Shown here: positions 13,396 through 26,900 of the stretch, one piece after another
Position numbering within the stretch: the stretch's first letter is position 1
How the letters are laid out: every line of letters starts with the position of its first letter
Source of the DNA: Lytechinus pictus
Taxonomy: Eukaryota
Assembly: GCF_037042905.1 (NCBI RefSeq)
Contig: NC_087250.1
Coordinates: 10,418,001-10,482,000, forward strand
Direction: 5' to 3'
Length of the DNA stretch: 64,000 bases
The notes under the pieces: generated by a model
Databases searched by the model: none
What the model saw: the letters and a program-made list of their open reading frames with translations, nothing else
Told to the model about the DNA's origin: nothing
Position numbers and translations under genes: made by a program

Positions 13396-14834
13396 TCATA
13401 TTGGACTTTTTCCTTTAAATAGTGGTCATTGTCAGACATTATGATAAAAATAATACATTGCGGGCAAAGGAAAAGAGAAATTCAAAGTGGTGTCCCGCAA
13501 GGCTATTCTGAAAAAGAATAACAATAAAATAGACTGACGACAACAAAAAACTACAACAACACAACATCAGAAACCGTCTCAATTTACTGTCGATGGCATC
13601 TTTAGCTGAATGGCTTTACCATTCTGTCTGGAAAGGAACACTTTGATGACTTCAGAACAATGTAAACACAGGGACTAATTAGGCATGTCGGAATATTGAG
13701 TGATTTTTTTTCTACGCGGGTAGGATAACATGTTTACGGACATCGTACCGAGATCTTACGATTGCCGTAAACAAAATGTGCGGCCATACTTTACCTTCTA
13801 CAACGAGCTTGAAGGAATAGGCCTCTACGATTAAAGAGTTTATAAAATTTGTAGAACGAATCGAATCTCAGAGCTAGGGTAGGACCCGGATTCTGACACC
13901 GTAAAACCGTACGAAAAACGCATCGTGGTCGCAATTAATTTCAGGTAGATCATGATGTTAGGGAGTACGGTTGCTTAGACTTTCCCTCTCGTGGGCGAGC
14001 TTTTTCTTGGTGGGGGAGGGGGGGGGGGCATGGGACCAAAGTAGCCCCATGGCCATGTGAAGTGCGGCGAGTGAAGCACCCGCAAGATTTTCCCTGGGGG
14101 TTCTGCGTGTATTATTTTCTATAAGTAGCACCCCTATGAATTCTGGTAGGTGTTAAAAAATTGAGAAACGTAAGCAAAATGAACAATATTTTGTGGTGAA
14201 ACCTTTTTTTTCCTGCTTGTCAAATTTATATCAGATTTAAAATTTGTTCCCAGGGCCCTGAGCAGCCCCCCGAAATCTATTATCCAGAGAGAGGAAAGGT
14301 TTAAAAAAATCCAGGTCGAGACTATATTATTAGAAATGTTTGATCATGAAAAATTAATACATTACAAACACTGTATTGACTGTATTTTCTGATTCAAAGA
14401 GCGACCTCGTTTCAAAATTTAAAGCTAGTAAATGAACAGATGGAAAGGGAAAAGTAAACATTTTCGAAAAGTTCATCGTATTTCTTTTCAGATAAACAAA
14501 TGTCTGTTTTTTATTTCTTTACTGTTAATGATTATAAAAAACAACAACATGCATAATGAAACAGGTGCAAAGAACATTTAGAAAGCCAATATTACACGAA
14601 ATTGTTTGTATTCTTTTAGAAATAATGACGACTGTTTGAATTATCTATCGATGAAATTGTTAATAAATTTTAAGTACGAGCTTAATTGGCTCAGACATTG
14701 ACTTAATAAACACAAAACGTTTAAATCACTTAATGTCTGAACAATATGTGCAAGAAATAAACTAAGCAAACGAAATTTTGTTGATTGTTTGAAAGTAAAC
14801 TGAGTTTCTCAGGAGGATTGTGAGGCCGAATTGT

Positions 14835-14870
14835 TATAAAAGTGTCGGAGAACCAGCAGCAAGTCATAAG
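14835..14870 (+). promoter_or_regulatory. TATA box and putative initiator of the SRCR-LDLa-SMB gene
   Basis: TATAAAA at 14835-14841; TCA at 14864-14866 about 30 nt downstream; ATG at 14907. Confidence 0.55.
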
Positions 14871-14906
14871 CTGCAGTTTCTGTAGTTGAATCAAACTAAA
14901 GGAACA

Positions 14907-14991
14907 ATGCAGGCGACACGAGCATCCCTGTGGGGCTCACTCCTCCTGATAATAGGAGCGACTAATTTGCAGATATCCAACGCTCAAACTG
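14907..14991 (+). CDS. Exon 1: signal peptide [28 protein letters not shown]
   Basis: Basic N-terminus, hydrophobic core, SNA|Q cleavage-like site; donor G|gtaagt, phase 1. Confidence 0.85.
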
Positions 14992-17900
14992 GTAAGTCAT
15001 AACTTCCACGTAAATTGTGAGATAGCAATACATTTTCAATGTGATAGGGAAAAGAAGTACTGCGTTTTTAAAGAAGTCTACGTAAGAGAATTAACAAAAA
15101 CATACGTAGGAGTGCACTTGATTATTCTTAAAATAAGTGCCGAAATTTAGAAATCGAAGGATAAGGAAGTAACTTATTCACAAACTTGCATGTTAAAGGG
15201 ACTTACTTTATGATGGATCAGATTTTTAGGTTTAGATGTATACACTCGGTAGTTTTCGCCCCGCGAAGTAGAACGCGTTCAAAAACATAGAAAATGTATT
15301 GTCAAATGTTCTTTATGACAAAGAACAACCAAGCAATCTTTGTCAAAAAAAACGGTGAATCAGAGCAGCAGTTTCGTCCATAGACAGGACAAACGATCGA
15401 CATATTCGCATTTTCTTTTGACAGTTCCGAAACGTAGGACGATACTTCTGCTCCGGGTTGACCAATTTTCGATAAAGACTTCTCAGTGGTTCATAATCAT
15501 TTGGCAGACATTTTCAATACAATTACTGTGTTCTTTAATACATTCTGCGTCCCGTAACACAAAGGTTAGCGATTAATCGTTCGCTTGATTTTCACGATTG
15601 ATTGTACATTGTAGTCAATGAAATCAATCGTAGATAAATGGTCTACGATCATTGCTAAGTTTTGTCTTACGGGCCCCTGGGTCGCGATGCAAAAACTCCC
15701 TAATTACAATCTGATAAGAGAAGAAACGGTAAATTGCCACCTGGGCTTCACCAACGATTTGGTCTAATTGACATTATGTCATTTAATTTTAATTAAGGAT
15801 ATGTGTCTAACCATTTTGGATACTATATACTAGTTCGTCTGTATTGTTGGATGAAGAGTTTTCATTTGACAATGTAAAACATAACTGATTAGACAAAGTT
15901 GTAATAGCGTGCTTTCGATCTGCGACGGGCCTACGGGGAGCACTCGGTATACGGGGAAGTCAACAGACCGTGGCCGTACTCGAGTTGCGTTCCCGTCCTG
16001 TTCTAAACCCTTTTCGTTTGCGCTATCGACAAGTTGCGCTAACAACAAGTTGCTAAAACATTTTTGTAATTGCTTAAAATTGTTTAAAAAGTTCAAATAG
16101 TAGAGTGACGGGCTTAAACAACGTGTTTAAAATTTTTAACAGCTTTTTATATATAGACTAAACTGATTGTAGACCAAATGTTTAGCCTATATGTAGGCCT
16201 ATCGCCTGGTCTGAGATGAAAGCCCAATGGCTTGCAGACCAATGAATAAATTGAATATACCATGCTGTTCATAACTCTCGATGGTAGGCAGTTTTTGCAC
16301 CGTGACGAAGGAACACTTTCAAGAAAACAGAAAATGTATTGTCATATATCCTTCATGAGGAAGAGGTCTGTCGAAAATGAGTGAATCAAAGCGATAGTTT
16401 AGTCCTCTGGACAAACGACATATTTGCATGTTCTCATCTGCTCCAAAACTTGGGACGTAACTGCCGTTCTGGTTCACCGATTTTCGACAAAGACCTCCCG
16501 GCTGCTCATTGTCATTTGACGGGCATTTTCAAAACACTTACTGTTCTTGAATTCGTTTGTGTCGCGGTGCCCCTACTCTATGGACAACGTAGCGATAAAC
16601 AATAAAAGTAGGGCATATATCGACCACAGATGAATGACGATTCATTCGAGGAGATTGATACTCTGTCAGTAATGCCATTCTGTCATTTCCCTTTCATGAA
16701 ATCTCTTTTTCATCAAATCAAGAAAACATTCGGCTCGTTGGAGGGGAAAATGCCTACGAAGGTCGTATTGAGGTTCTACACGACGGCGGATGGGGAACGG
16801 TTTGTGACGACTCCTTCACAGACGTTGACGCACAGGTAGCTTGCCGCTCTCTGGGACTGACCGGGGGAGTCGCGCTCACACATGCACACTTCGGTCAAGG
16901 AAGTGGGCAGATTTGGATGGATAACCTAGCGTGCGATGGAACGGAGAACGCTCTTGACGAGTGTGGCCACAATGGATGGGGATCACACAACTGTGGGCAT
17001 CACGAAGACGCCGGCGTGGCATGCGAAGCACCAGCAGGTAGGTATATTATGTAAAGAAAGATTAAGATTTATCAATGGTGATGATAATAATAATAATAAT
17101 AATAATGATAATAATAATATTAACGATAATAATGATAATAATGATAATGATAATGGGGATAATAATAATAATAATAACAATAATAATAATGACTATTATT
17201 ATTATCATATTAATATGGTTAAAATGAATCTTTTTGTCTAGTATAGTTGTAGGGAAGGAACCCTTGAGAAAACAGTTCCCCAAAACGTTCTTTTCGTGCT
17301 CAAGGACCTTAACTGTTTTTTATAAAGCACTAAAACGCTTCCAAATAGCGGAAAAGCATATAACCCTTTTTTTCTAATAATGATATTTATTGTAATAATT
17401 ATAACAAAAATAACGATAATGATAATCACAATAATAATACCAGTGACGTCATATTTACTCATACAGGGTAGCCACTTCAGTTCCGGTAAATTCTTGTCCC
17501 AGTGGGCCTTGCTTACACTCTAAAAAAAACAGAGAGTCAAAATTTACCTAATATTGGGTAGAAAGGGAACATCCATGTTTGCTTGGTAATTTTCCCCTCA
17601 ATATTAGACAAAATTGCATGTTTGAAGGGTAAATTTCAACGCAACATTGCGTAAAATGTACAAAAATATTTGGCATTTTTTTACCTAACAAACACGCATG
17701 TTCCCATTTTACCCAATATTGGGTAAACCTTTTTTTTACAGTGTAACATGATAATAGGGAGTGTTCCCACAGCGAGTACGAACGATTGAGTACAGAGAAA
17801 ATGTATTGTCAATGCCATTCATGACAAAACAATTGAGAAAGAAAGAGAGAGACAGATAGATGGAGGGAGGGAGAGGGGAGAGAGAAGTGGGCATATTTTC

Positions 17901-20900
17901 GTATTTTATTATTAGGCCTATTCCTGTGACCCTCGAACTTGGAACCAATAATAAACCACCAGGTATTTTGAAATGTTTTAAGTACGTTTGGAATTGGATA
18001 AGCAGACTCGGGGGGGGGGGGGATCATAGGCATGCAACTTTAACACAAATTCAACACGGTTGAGTTCCGTCCGATGATTTTAAGTTCACCGATATCATTA
18101 TACAAGATACAAGATATTTATTTTGTCTTCGCAAACATTATTACAAAGAAATTTGTTTTCCACTGGTGTAATATACATTAGACATGCATGAACAACATCA
18201 AACAAAGAAACAAATAAGTTACACAGGTATGACGCAAATACAACAAAACATTTGCAAAAGTTTGAGTCATCCAGAATACTTATCATAATTATTAGCATTC
18301 AAATATTGTTATGCTTATTACTGACATTATTATTATTATCATTATCATTGTTGCCATCATCATCACTACTATTGCTTTTATTATATGGCAAATGTAGATA
18401 AACTCCTTGCCAAAGGACGCTAGTGCGTGTAGAATTCATGATTTATGTGGATAATAGGGAGTTTCGCAATATCAATAGGGACATGTTCTAGAACACAGTT
18501 GCCCGTATTCTGAAGTCGGGTTTAAGTTAAACTCAGGTTTAAAGTTGTGGTTTAAGTATGGGAAGCCAATAGTATCAAATTTGTTATTAAGTTGTATGTT
18601 TCTTATGTTTACTGTGCTCTTTCCTGATTCATCGATGGTGAAGCCAATAATCTTTTTATACTTCCTAAACAATTATGAATGATTTGAGAGCCAAATGAGC
18701 TGAAGTATGATATCTCTACTGTTAGTGATTTATGTAACAACTGGCTGTCCATACTATAACCACAACTTTAAACCTGAGTTTAAGTTAAACCCAACTTCAG
18801 AATACGGGCCAGTAAATCTATTGAAAATGAAAGTCAAATCACAATGGAGAGCTGAGAGGCCTTTGTCGAAAGTTGGTGGACCAGGACACCGATTCGTCCT
18901 AAGATAGGTTTGGGACGTACCGGACGAAATAATGTCGTTTGTCCAAAGTCCAGGATGACACCGCTGTTTAATTCATTCACAGATTTTCGACAAAGACTGC
19001 TTTGTCATGAGTGGCCGTTGACAACTTTCTCTTCTTTCCAGAAAGCGTCTGTGTAGTGGTTGCAAAACTCCCCAATGACACAAATTAAAACTAAAACTCT
19101 GTGTGTCTTAGGTATCCATTTGGAATTAGCAATTTTTGTATGTTGTCTTTCAATCAATCGGCACTTTTCGCATTTACTACGAGGAAACTCTCTACAACAC
19201 ACCAATTCTTTTGAAAATGCAAGTCATATCACAATGGAGAGCTGAAATGCTTTTGTCGCAAGCTGCTGGACCGGGACAGCATCGGAATCTCTTGACTATG
19301 GACAACGACATATTTGCAATTGTTCGTCCGGTGCAAATTTTCGGATGATCTGCTGTCCAAGTCCACCAACTTTCGACAAAAGCCTTTCAGCTCTCCATTG
19401 TGATTTTAAATGCATTTTAATTGTATTTTCAAAGGAATCGATGTGTTGTAGAGGGTTTCCCCGTAGTAAATGCGAAAACTACCTATTCACTTACGAGAGA
19501 CAATCTTCTTGTTTCATTCCAGCCGAACCTGACATTCGGCTTGTTGGAGGCACCAATGCTCTTGAAGGGCGCGTAGAGATCAAACACAACGGAGTATGGG
19601 GAACGGTCTGTGATGACTCCTTTTATGACAGTGACGCCGAAGTGGTCTGCCGTTCGTTGGGACTAAGTGGCGGGACGGTCCGATGCTGTGCAGCGTTCGG
19701 TCAAGGGAGCGGGCAGATTTGGCTGGATGATGTAACATGCAGCGGATACTCTGAAGACTCGCTTGGCGATTGCTATCACAGGGGATGGGGAAGCCACAAC
19801 TGCGCGCACAGCGAAGATGTGGGAGTCGTATGCGAATCAGGTATTTTCAGGTTTAATGACAGATCTTTGCAAATCGAATGGCGGTTCGCGGCGGTTTCCA
19901 ACCACCAAAGGCAAATCAGAACTTACGCATAATTGACGACGCTAATCTCGAGAGATATTTGTCACCATATCCGAAAGTGTGACCAGTGTTTCAACCACGA
20001 CCCTATGTATCAATATGTAACTTTTCCCATGTAGCTTGGAGTACTACAAGCGCACGCCACAACGCCCAGTTAGATGCTGAAGCCACGTACATGCAATGAC
20101 GTCATTGCGGCGCCATCTTTAGAGGTTCCAGGCATGATTACCTGCATCCGTTGATGATCTGATGAGAGGGAGTTTTCGAACCGTGACGCAGAACGCTTTC
20201 AAGAGCCTAGAAAATGTACTGTCAAGTGCCCACGTAACAAAGAACAGCCAAAAAGTCTTTGTCGAAAATTGGTGAATCAAAACAGCAATTTCGTTCTGTT
20301 GTTTTAATTGATTGAGTTTTGGGGGCGTTTTGTCCTGGACTGGCCAAACGACATATTTTCGATTTTTTCGACAGCTCCGAAACTTAGGTCGAAACTGCTT
20401 TCCGGTTCACCTATTTTCGACAATGGCCACCCAGCTACTAGTTGTCATATGGCGGCATTTTCAAAAGGCCTACATTTTCTATGTTTTTAAAAGCGTTTTG
20501 CGTCGCGGTGCGAAATCAAAATCTCAATGACAATGTCAGTGTCATCGGAATGAGAGCGCTAGCTATTATAATGAAATTATGACGTCATATGCGTAAGGTC
20601 TATTCTAGTATGCCGATTTTGGCAGGACTAACAAAAAGAGCATTGGTTTGTGACAATGGAAAATGACGTTAATGACACGCTTGATTAAAGAGGGGGAGAA
20701 CATGATCAACCAAGAGTGTGTACTCTCTCGTGGTAGAGATAACTAGTAGTAATGAAGAGAATGAATTAGCCTATAATCTTATTTTCCCAGAGAAACTAAA
20801 TTGCTTTGAGATAAAAAAAACAGGCCTCCTTATTTTGCTACTTGGTAATTGTGATATGAATGTATTCAGTATTGAATTAGTGTGCTATCATTCAAGTGGG

Positions 20901-23900
20901 GCTATCTTTGAAGACTACACTGCTCAGAAAGTTGCATTATGGGAAAGAACCTAGACAGATATGAGCTATTGTGTGCAATTTAACAGGGAAAAATTAATTC
21001 GCTTGCTCGTAAATTTTCAAGGGATACTCCAAGCTGAATATATTCATATCTAAATAAATAGGGTAAAATTCACAGAGGAAAATGCTTAACACTTCAACAA
21101 AATCGGATAACAAATAACGGAGTCATTTTAAAGTTTGCATTAATCCGGTGAAACAGTTCTAGGTATGCCTTCATGAATATTAGGTGGGCTGATGATGTCA
21201 CATTTGCACTTTCCCTTTTCTTATGTTATTGCATAAAATCATAATTGTTTCATTTTTTCATAAATGCGTATATGTTGTGTCTCCATTATGATGAAATAAG
21301 TTGCAGCAATAAATAACTAATGCACTTAATCAGTTATCAATCCAATCGTTTTAATTCTTGGTAGAACAATTTTGAATAAACATAATTTCATATAATAAAA
21401 TACAGGCCTAGAACTGTTTCACCGGAATAATGCAAATATTTAAAATTCAATAACTTTATTTGTTATCCGATTTTGATCAAATTTTCAGCATTTTGCTGTG
21501 AATTTTATCATATTTATATATATAAATGATTGATTTGATTTAATTATTTCCACGTAATAATCTTTTTTTTCTCAGCATCCGATTATTCATCCTACGATTA
21601 TTCATCCTACGATTACTCATCGTACGATTATTCATCCTACGATTATTCGTCCGATTACTCATCATACGATTATACTTCCGATTACTCATCCTACGATTAT
21701 TCGTCTGATTACTCATCCTACGATTATTCTTCTGATTATTCATCCTTCGATTATTCATCCTACGATTACTCATCCTACGATTATTCATCCTACGATTATT
21801 CATCCTACGATTATTCATCCTACGATTACTCATCCTACGATTATTCATCGTACGATTATTCATCCTACGATTACTCATCCTACGATTATTCATCCTACGA
21901 TTATTCATCCTACGATTATTCATCGTACGGTAAGAATGTCACAGCATTTTCAGAGCCTTATGAACCACCCCTAAATTTTTTTCAAGCCCCCCCCCCTGGA
22001 AATTACGTTGTTATGCTATTATGCATATCACTAGGCCTCTTTTACCAAATAAACAAAGATTCACGTTTCACTAACCTTTTTGGGAGGGGTTTGTGCCTTC
22101 ATTTGGTCTTTTTTTTTTGGGGGGGGGGAATCACCCAGTTTTGCGAGTAAGACTTTTTTTTTCAAAATATTGTTCATGAAAATCACCTTCACTTTTGGAG
22201 TGAAATTTTTTTATTTTTTTAAATTTGTTTATCGAATCCAAGCCACGGCGTGTTTTCTTTCCTTCAGCAATAAATTAACCCACATTGTGCCGAAGTGAAT
22301 GGGAATATGGTAGGAATTTGTTCCTTGAAACGCGGCGCGCGTAACAGCTGCTCTACTGTATAGCGCTTAGAGACTTCTGAAAAAGTAAGTGCACTGGCGG
22401 ATCCGGGGGGGGGGGCACAGCCGGCCTGTGCCCCTCTTTAACAGTGGAGACCTATATTTCGTGGAGGAAATGTCCTTAATTTTTGGTTGGAAACCTTTTT
22501 TTTTTTGCTTGTCAAATTTTTCCTCGGGATAATGCCCCCTCCCCCTTTGGAAAATCTTGGATCCGCCCCTGAGTAAGTATTAAGCGCTCTAGAAGCAAGT
22601 ATAGTTGTTATTATTAGTAGTATATAATAACGGGGAAATACAGAAGAAAATCCTAAAAAACTACAAAATGTAAAAATATATAATGAATGGGTGATAAAAC
22701 TTAAGAGAAACTATGATAATGAAGTTAAACCTAATATTAATAAAATTATAATAGTGGGAGAGAGAAGGTTGAGTTCCGACAGAGCGTTGCTTTTTATTAG
22801 ATCTCCTTCACTTTAATTTCGTGATGCACTGTAGGCCTATATATCTACTATTTGATATTTACATGTAGAATTCACGATTTATGCATAATAGGGTGTTTTC
22901 GCAATTTCAAAGGGGACATATTCTAGAACACAGTAAATCTATTGAAAGTGAAAGTCAAATCACAAAGGAGAGCTGAGAGGCCTTTGTCGAAAGTTGCTGG
23001 ACCTGGACAACATCGGAATTTCTTGACTCTAGACAACGACATATTTGCAGTTGTTCGTCCGGTGCAAATATTCGGATTATCTGCTGTCCAAGTCCACCAA
23101 CTTTCGACAAAAGCCCCGATCAGCTCGCTAATGTGATTTTAATTGCATTTTCAAAGGAATCGATGCGTTGTAGAGGGTTTTCCCGTAGTAAATGCGAAAA
23201 ATACTTTTTCACTTATACGACAAACAATCTTCTCGTTTCATTTCAGCCGAACCTGACATTCGGCTTGTTGGAGGCACCAATGCTCTTGAAGGGCGCGTAG
23301 AGATCAAACACAACGGAGTATGGGGAACGGTCTGTGATGACTCCTTTTATAACAGTGACGCCGAAGTGGTCTGCCGTTCGTTGGGACTAAGTGGCGGGAC
23401 GGTCCGATGCTGTGCAGCGTTCGGTCAAGGGAGCGGGCAGATTTGGCTGGATGATGTGACATGCAGCGGATACTCTGGAGACTCGCTTGGCGGTTGCTAT
23501 CACAGGGGATGGGGAAGCCACAACTGCGCGCACTATGAAGATGTGGGAGTCGTATGCGAACCAGGTAGGCCCCCTATTTACATCAAATTTTCAGGTTTAA
23601 TTACAGATCTTTGAGAATCGAATGGCGGTTCGCGGCGGTTTTCAACCACCATGAGCAAATCAGAACTCACGCATAATTGACGACGTTATCCTCGAGAGAT
23701 TGGAGAGAGTGTGTATGTGTGTGCGTGTGTTATGTTAGGGTGTGTGGGTGAGCGTGTAGTTGCGTGCGTGTGTGTGTGTCGGTGAGGGTAAGGGTTTGTA
23801 GGATTGATTTTGGACAGATATGTATCACTCAAATTATTTAGGTCTGGGACCGACCTAACCGTCACCATATCCCGATAGCGTGACCAGTGTTTCAACCACG

Positions 23901-26900
23901 ACCCTCTGTATCAATATGTAACTTTTCATATATAGCTTGGAATACATGCAGGCGCACGCCAGAACGCCCAGTTAAATGCTGAAGCATCTTAGAGCACCGT
24001 GACGCAAAACGCTTTCAAGAACCTAGAAAATGCTGTCAACTGCCCTCGTTACAAAGAGCAACCAAGAAGTCTTTGTCGAAAATTGGTGAAACAAAACAGC
24101 GGTTTCGTCCTGTTGTTATTGATTGGGTTTGGGGGGCGTTTCGTTCTTTACTCTAGCTGGCTAAACGGCATATTTTCAACGTCTTCGACAGCTCCGAAAC
24201 TTAGGATGAAACTGCTTTTCCGGTAGCCTATTTTCGACAATGACCTCCCAGCAATTAATTGTCATATGACGGCATTTTCAATAGGCCTAGATTTTCTATG
24301 TTCTTGAAAGCGTTATGCAACGCAGTGTGAAATGACAATGGCAATGTCATTGCCATCAGAAGGAGGGCGCTATGAAATGATGACGTCATATTCATCAGGT
24401 CTATTCTAGTACATGTATGATGATTTTGGGAGGACAAACACGGGGTATTAAAAAAGAGCATTGGTTTGTGACAATGGAACAATGACGTTAATAACACGCT
24501 AAAGAGGAAGCCAACATGACCAATAACGTATGTAGTCTCTCGTTATTATAAATAGATATATCAGACTACTAGTAGTAATAAAGATAATTAATTAGCCTAT
24601 AATTTATTTTTCTAGACAAACTAGATTGTTTTGAGATGAAAAACAGGCCTACTTATTTTGCCACTTGGTAATTGTGATATGAATGTATTTAGTACTGAAT
24701 TAGTGTGCTATCATTCGAGTGGGGCTATCTTTGAAGACTACACTGCTCCGAAAGGCGCATTATGGGAAAGAACCTACCCAGATATGAGCTCTTGTGTGCT
24801 ATTTAAAGTGATTGGTTAACATTGGCTTGAATTTCAAAAATTCTGAGCTAGAAGGTCACACTTGTCACCTGTGTCTGTGATATGTTACAAAAATGAAGCC
24901 CAGAAAAAATTGCGTTCGAAAATAATTATTTAGTGCTTCAAAAATTGAAATATAAAGTGACCGAAAACACCACCTTAATATCATCCCATACACTTATGTG
25001 TACTAGGCGTCTATAAGACGCCTATTTACAAAATCGGGGTTTGCCTTGTAGTTTTAGCTTTTCATTCTCAATAATGGTTGTTTTCAGGGTTTATTAGTTC
25101 TAATACATGCACTTGTACACATGTTTCATCTTGGTTTGAGAATTTTTTTAATCGGCTGCTCACAAAGTTAAACAATACCTTTAACAAGGAAAAATTAATT
25201 CGCTTGCTCGTGAATTTTAAAGGGATACTCCAAGCTGAATATATTCATATCTAAATAGGGTAAAATTCACAAAGCAAAATGCTTAAAATTTCATCAAAAT
25301 CAGATAACAAATAACGAAGTTATTGAATTTTAAATTTTGCATTATTCCGGTAAAACAGATCTAGGCATGCCTTCATGAATATTCATTAGGTGGGCTGATG
25401 ATGTCACATTCACACTTTCCCTTTTCTTATGTTATTGCATAAAATCATGATTGTTTCATAATTTTCATAAATGTGTATTTGTTTTGTCTCCATCATGATG
25501 AAATAAGTTGCAGCAATAAATAACTAATGCACTTAATCAGTTATCAATCCATTCGTTTGAATTCTTGGTAGAAATATTTTGAACATAGTTTCATATAATA
25601 AAAAAAGGCCTAGAACTGTTTCACCGGAATAATGCAAATATTTTAAATTCAATAACTTTATTTGTTATCCGATTTTGATCAAATTTCAGCATTTTGCTCT
25701 GTGAATTTTATCATATTCATTGAGATATAAATATTTGATTTGATTGAATTATTTCCACATTTCCATACCAAAAGTATATACAAGTGTAATAATCTTTTTT
25801 TCTCAGCATGTGATTATTCATCGTATGATTATTCATCGTACGATTACTCATCGTACGATTACTCATCCGATTACTCATCCTACGATTATTCATCCTACGA
25901 TTACTCATCCTACGATTATTCGTCCGATTACTCATCCTACGATTACTCATCCTATGATTACTCATCCTACGATTATTCGTCCTACGATTACTCATCCTAC
26001 GATTACTCATCCTATGATTATTCATCGTACGATTATTCATCCTCCGATTACTCATCCTACGATTACTCATCCTACGATTACTCATCCTACGATTATTCAT
26101 CATATGGTAAGAATGTCACAACATTTTCAGGGCCTAATGAAATAAATCCACATTTATCTTTAAAATGTGCGCTGGATCATAACAACTAACCTCATGTAAT
26201 TTATTCTGTCAGTTTTGACCTATGGGGGTTAAATAGGCAAGAAATTGAGGTCTTAAGCAAGTATTATCTTCTAATGGGAATGCATTCAAAGGTCCTTCTT
26301 GTGTATAATTTTATGCTGATTCCAAATATATTAGTCTTAATGACCCTATTTAACCGCTTGTGGTCATTTTGGTCATTTATGTCCCTCAAAATGACCAATA
26401 ATACAAGTTCAATTTATCTAAAAGTACTTTGAATGTTACCAACCAGAATCGCTACGAGGGTATGTTGTGACAACTAACACTGGTGTATTAATCCTTTGAA
26501 TTGAACATCTCAAAAGTATTTTGACCTCATGTCACTTATTCAATCAGTTTTGACCTATGAGGGTCATCTTGGGTACTTTAGACATAACTGACCATTCGCG
26601 CAATTTTGCATAATAAACTGCAAATCGACAAGAATTTGAGGTCTTCAGCGTGTATCTTCTAAATGGGAATGCATTTAAAGGTCCTTCTTGTGTAGAATTT
26701 TATGCTGATTCCAAATATATCAGTCTTAATGACCCTATATAACCGCTTATGGTCATTTTGGTCATTTATGTCCCTCAAAATGACCAATAATACAAGTTCA
26801 ATTTATCCAAAAATACTTCAAATGATACCAGAATCGTTAGAAGGGGGGCGTGCTTTGACACCAAGCATTTGTTTATTAATTCTTTAATTTAATTTCATTA

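Larger units (their letters stand above)
18427..26140 (+). repeat. Tandem segmental duplication of the SRCR+DYSSY module (about 18427-21964 and 22861-26140)
   Basis: Colinear intron and exon homology throughout. Confidence 0.9.

Noticed and set aside
12870..13439. 189-aa hydrophobic ORF and overlapping ORFs
   Set aside because: Product of the GA-rich low-complexity tract.
16936..17283. Poly-Asn, poly-Ile and poly-Leu ORFs
   Set aside because: (AAT)n microsatellite; the real exon ends at 17037 in another frame.
21540..21923. Minus-strand (MNNRR)n ORF, also at 25717-26103, and the plus-strand (ITHPT)n frame
   Set aside because: Shadow frames. Splice phase and the synonymous variation pattern support only the DYSSY frame.
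21576..26106. Possible CRISPR-like array
   Set aside because: Contiguous 15-nt units with no unique spacers, eukaryotic context and no cas genes.
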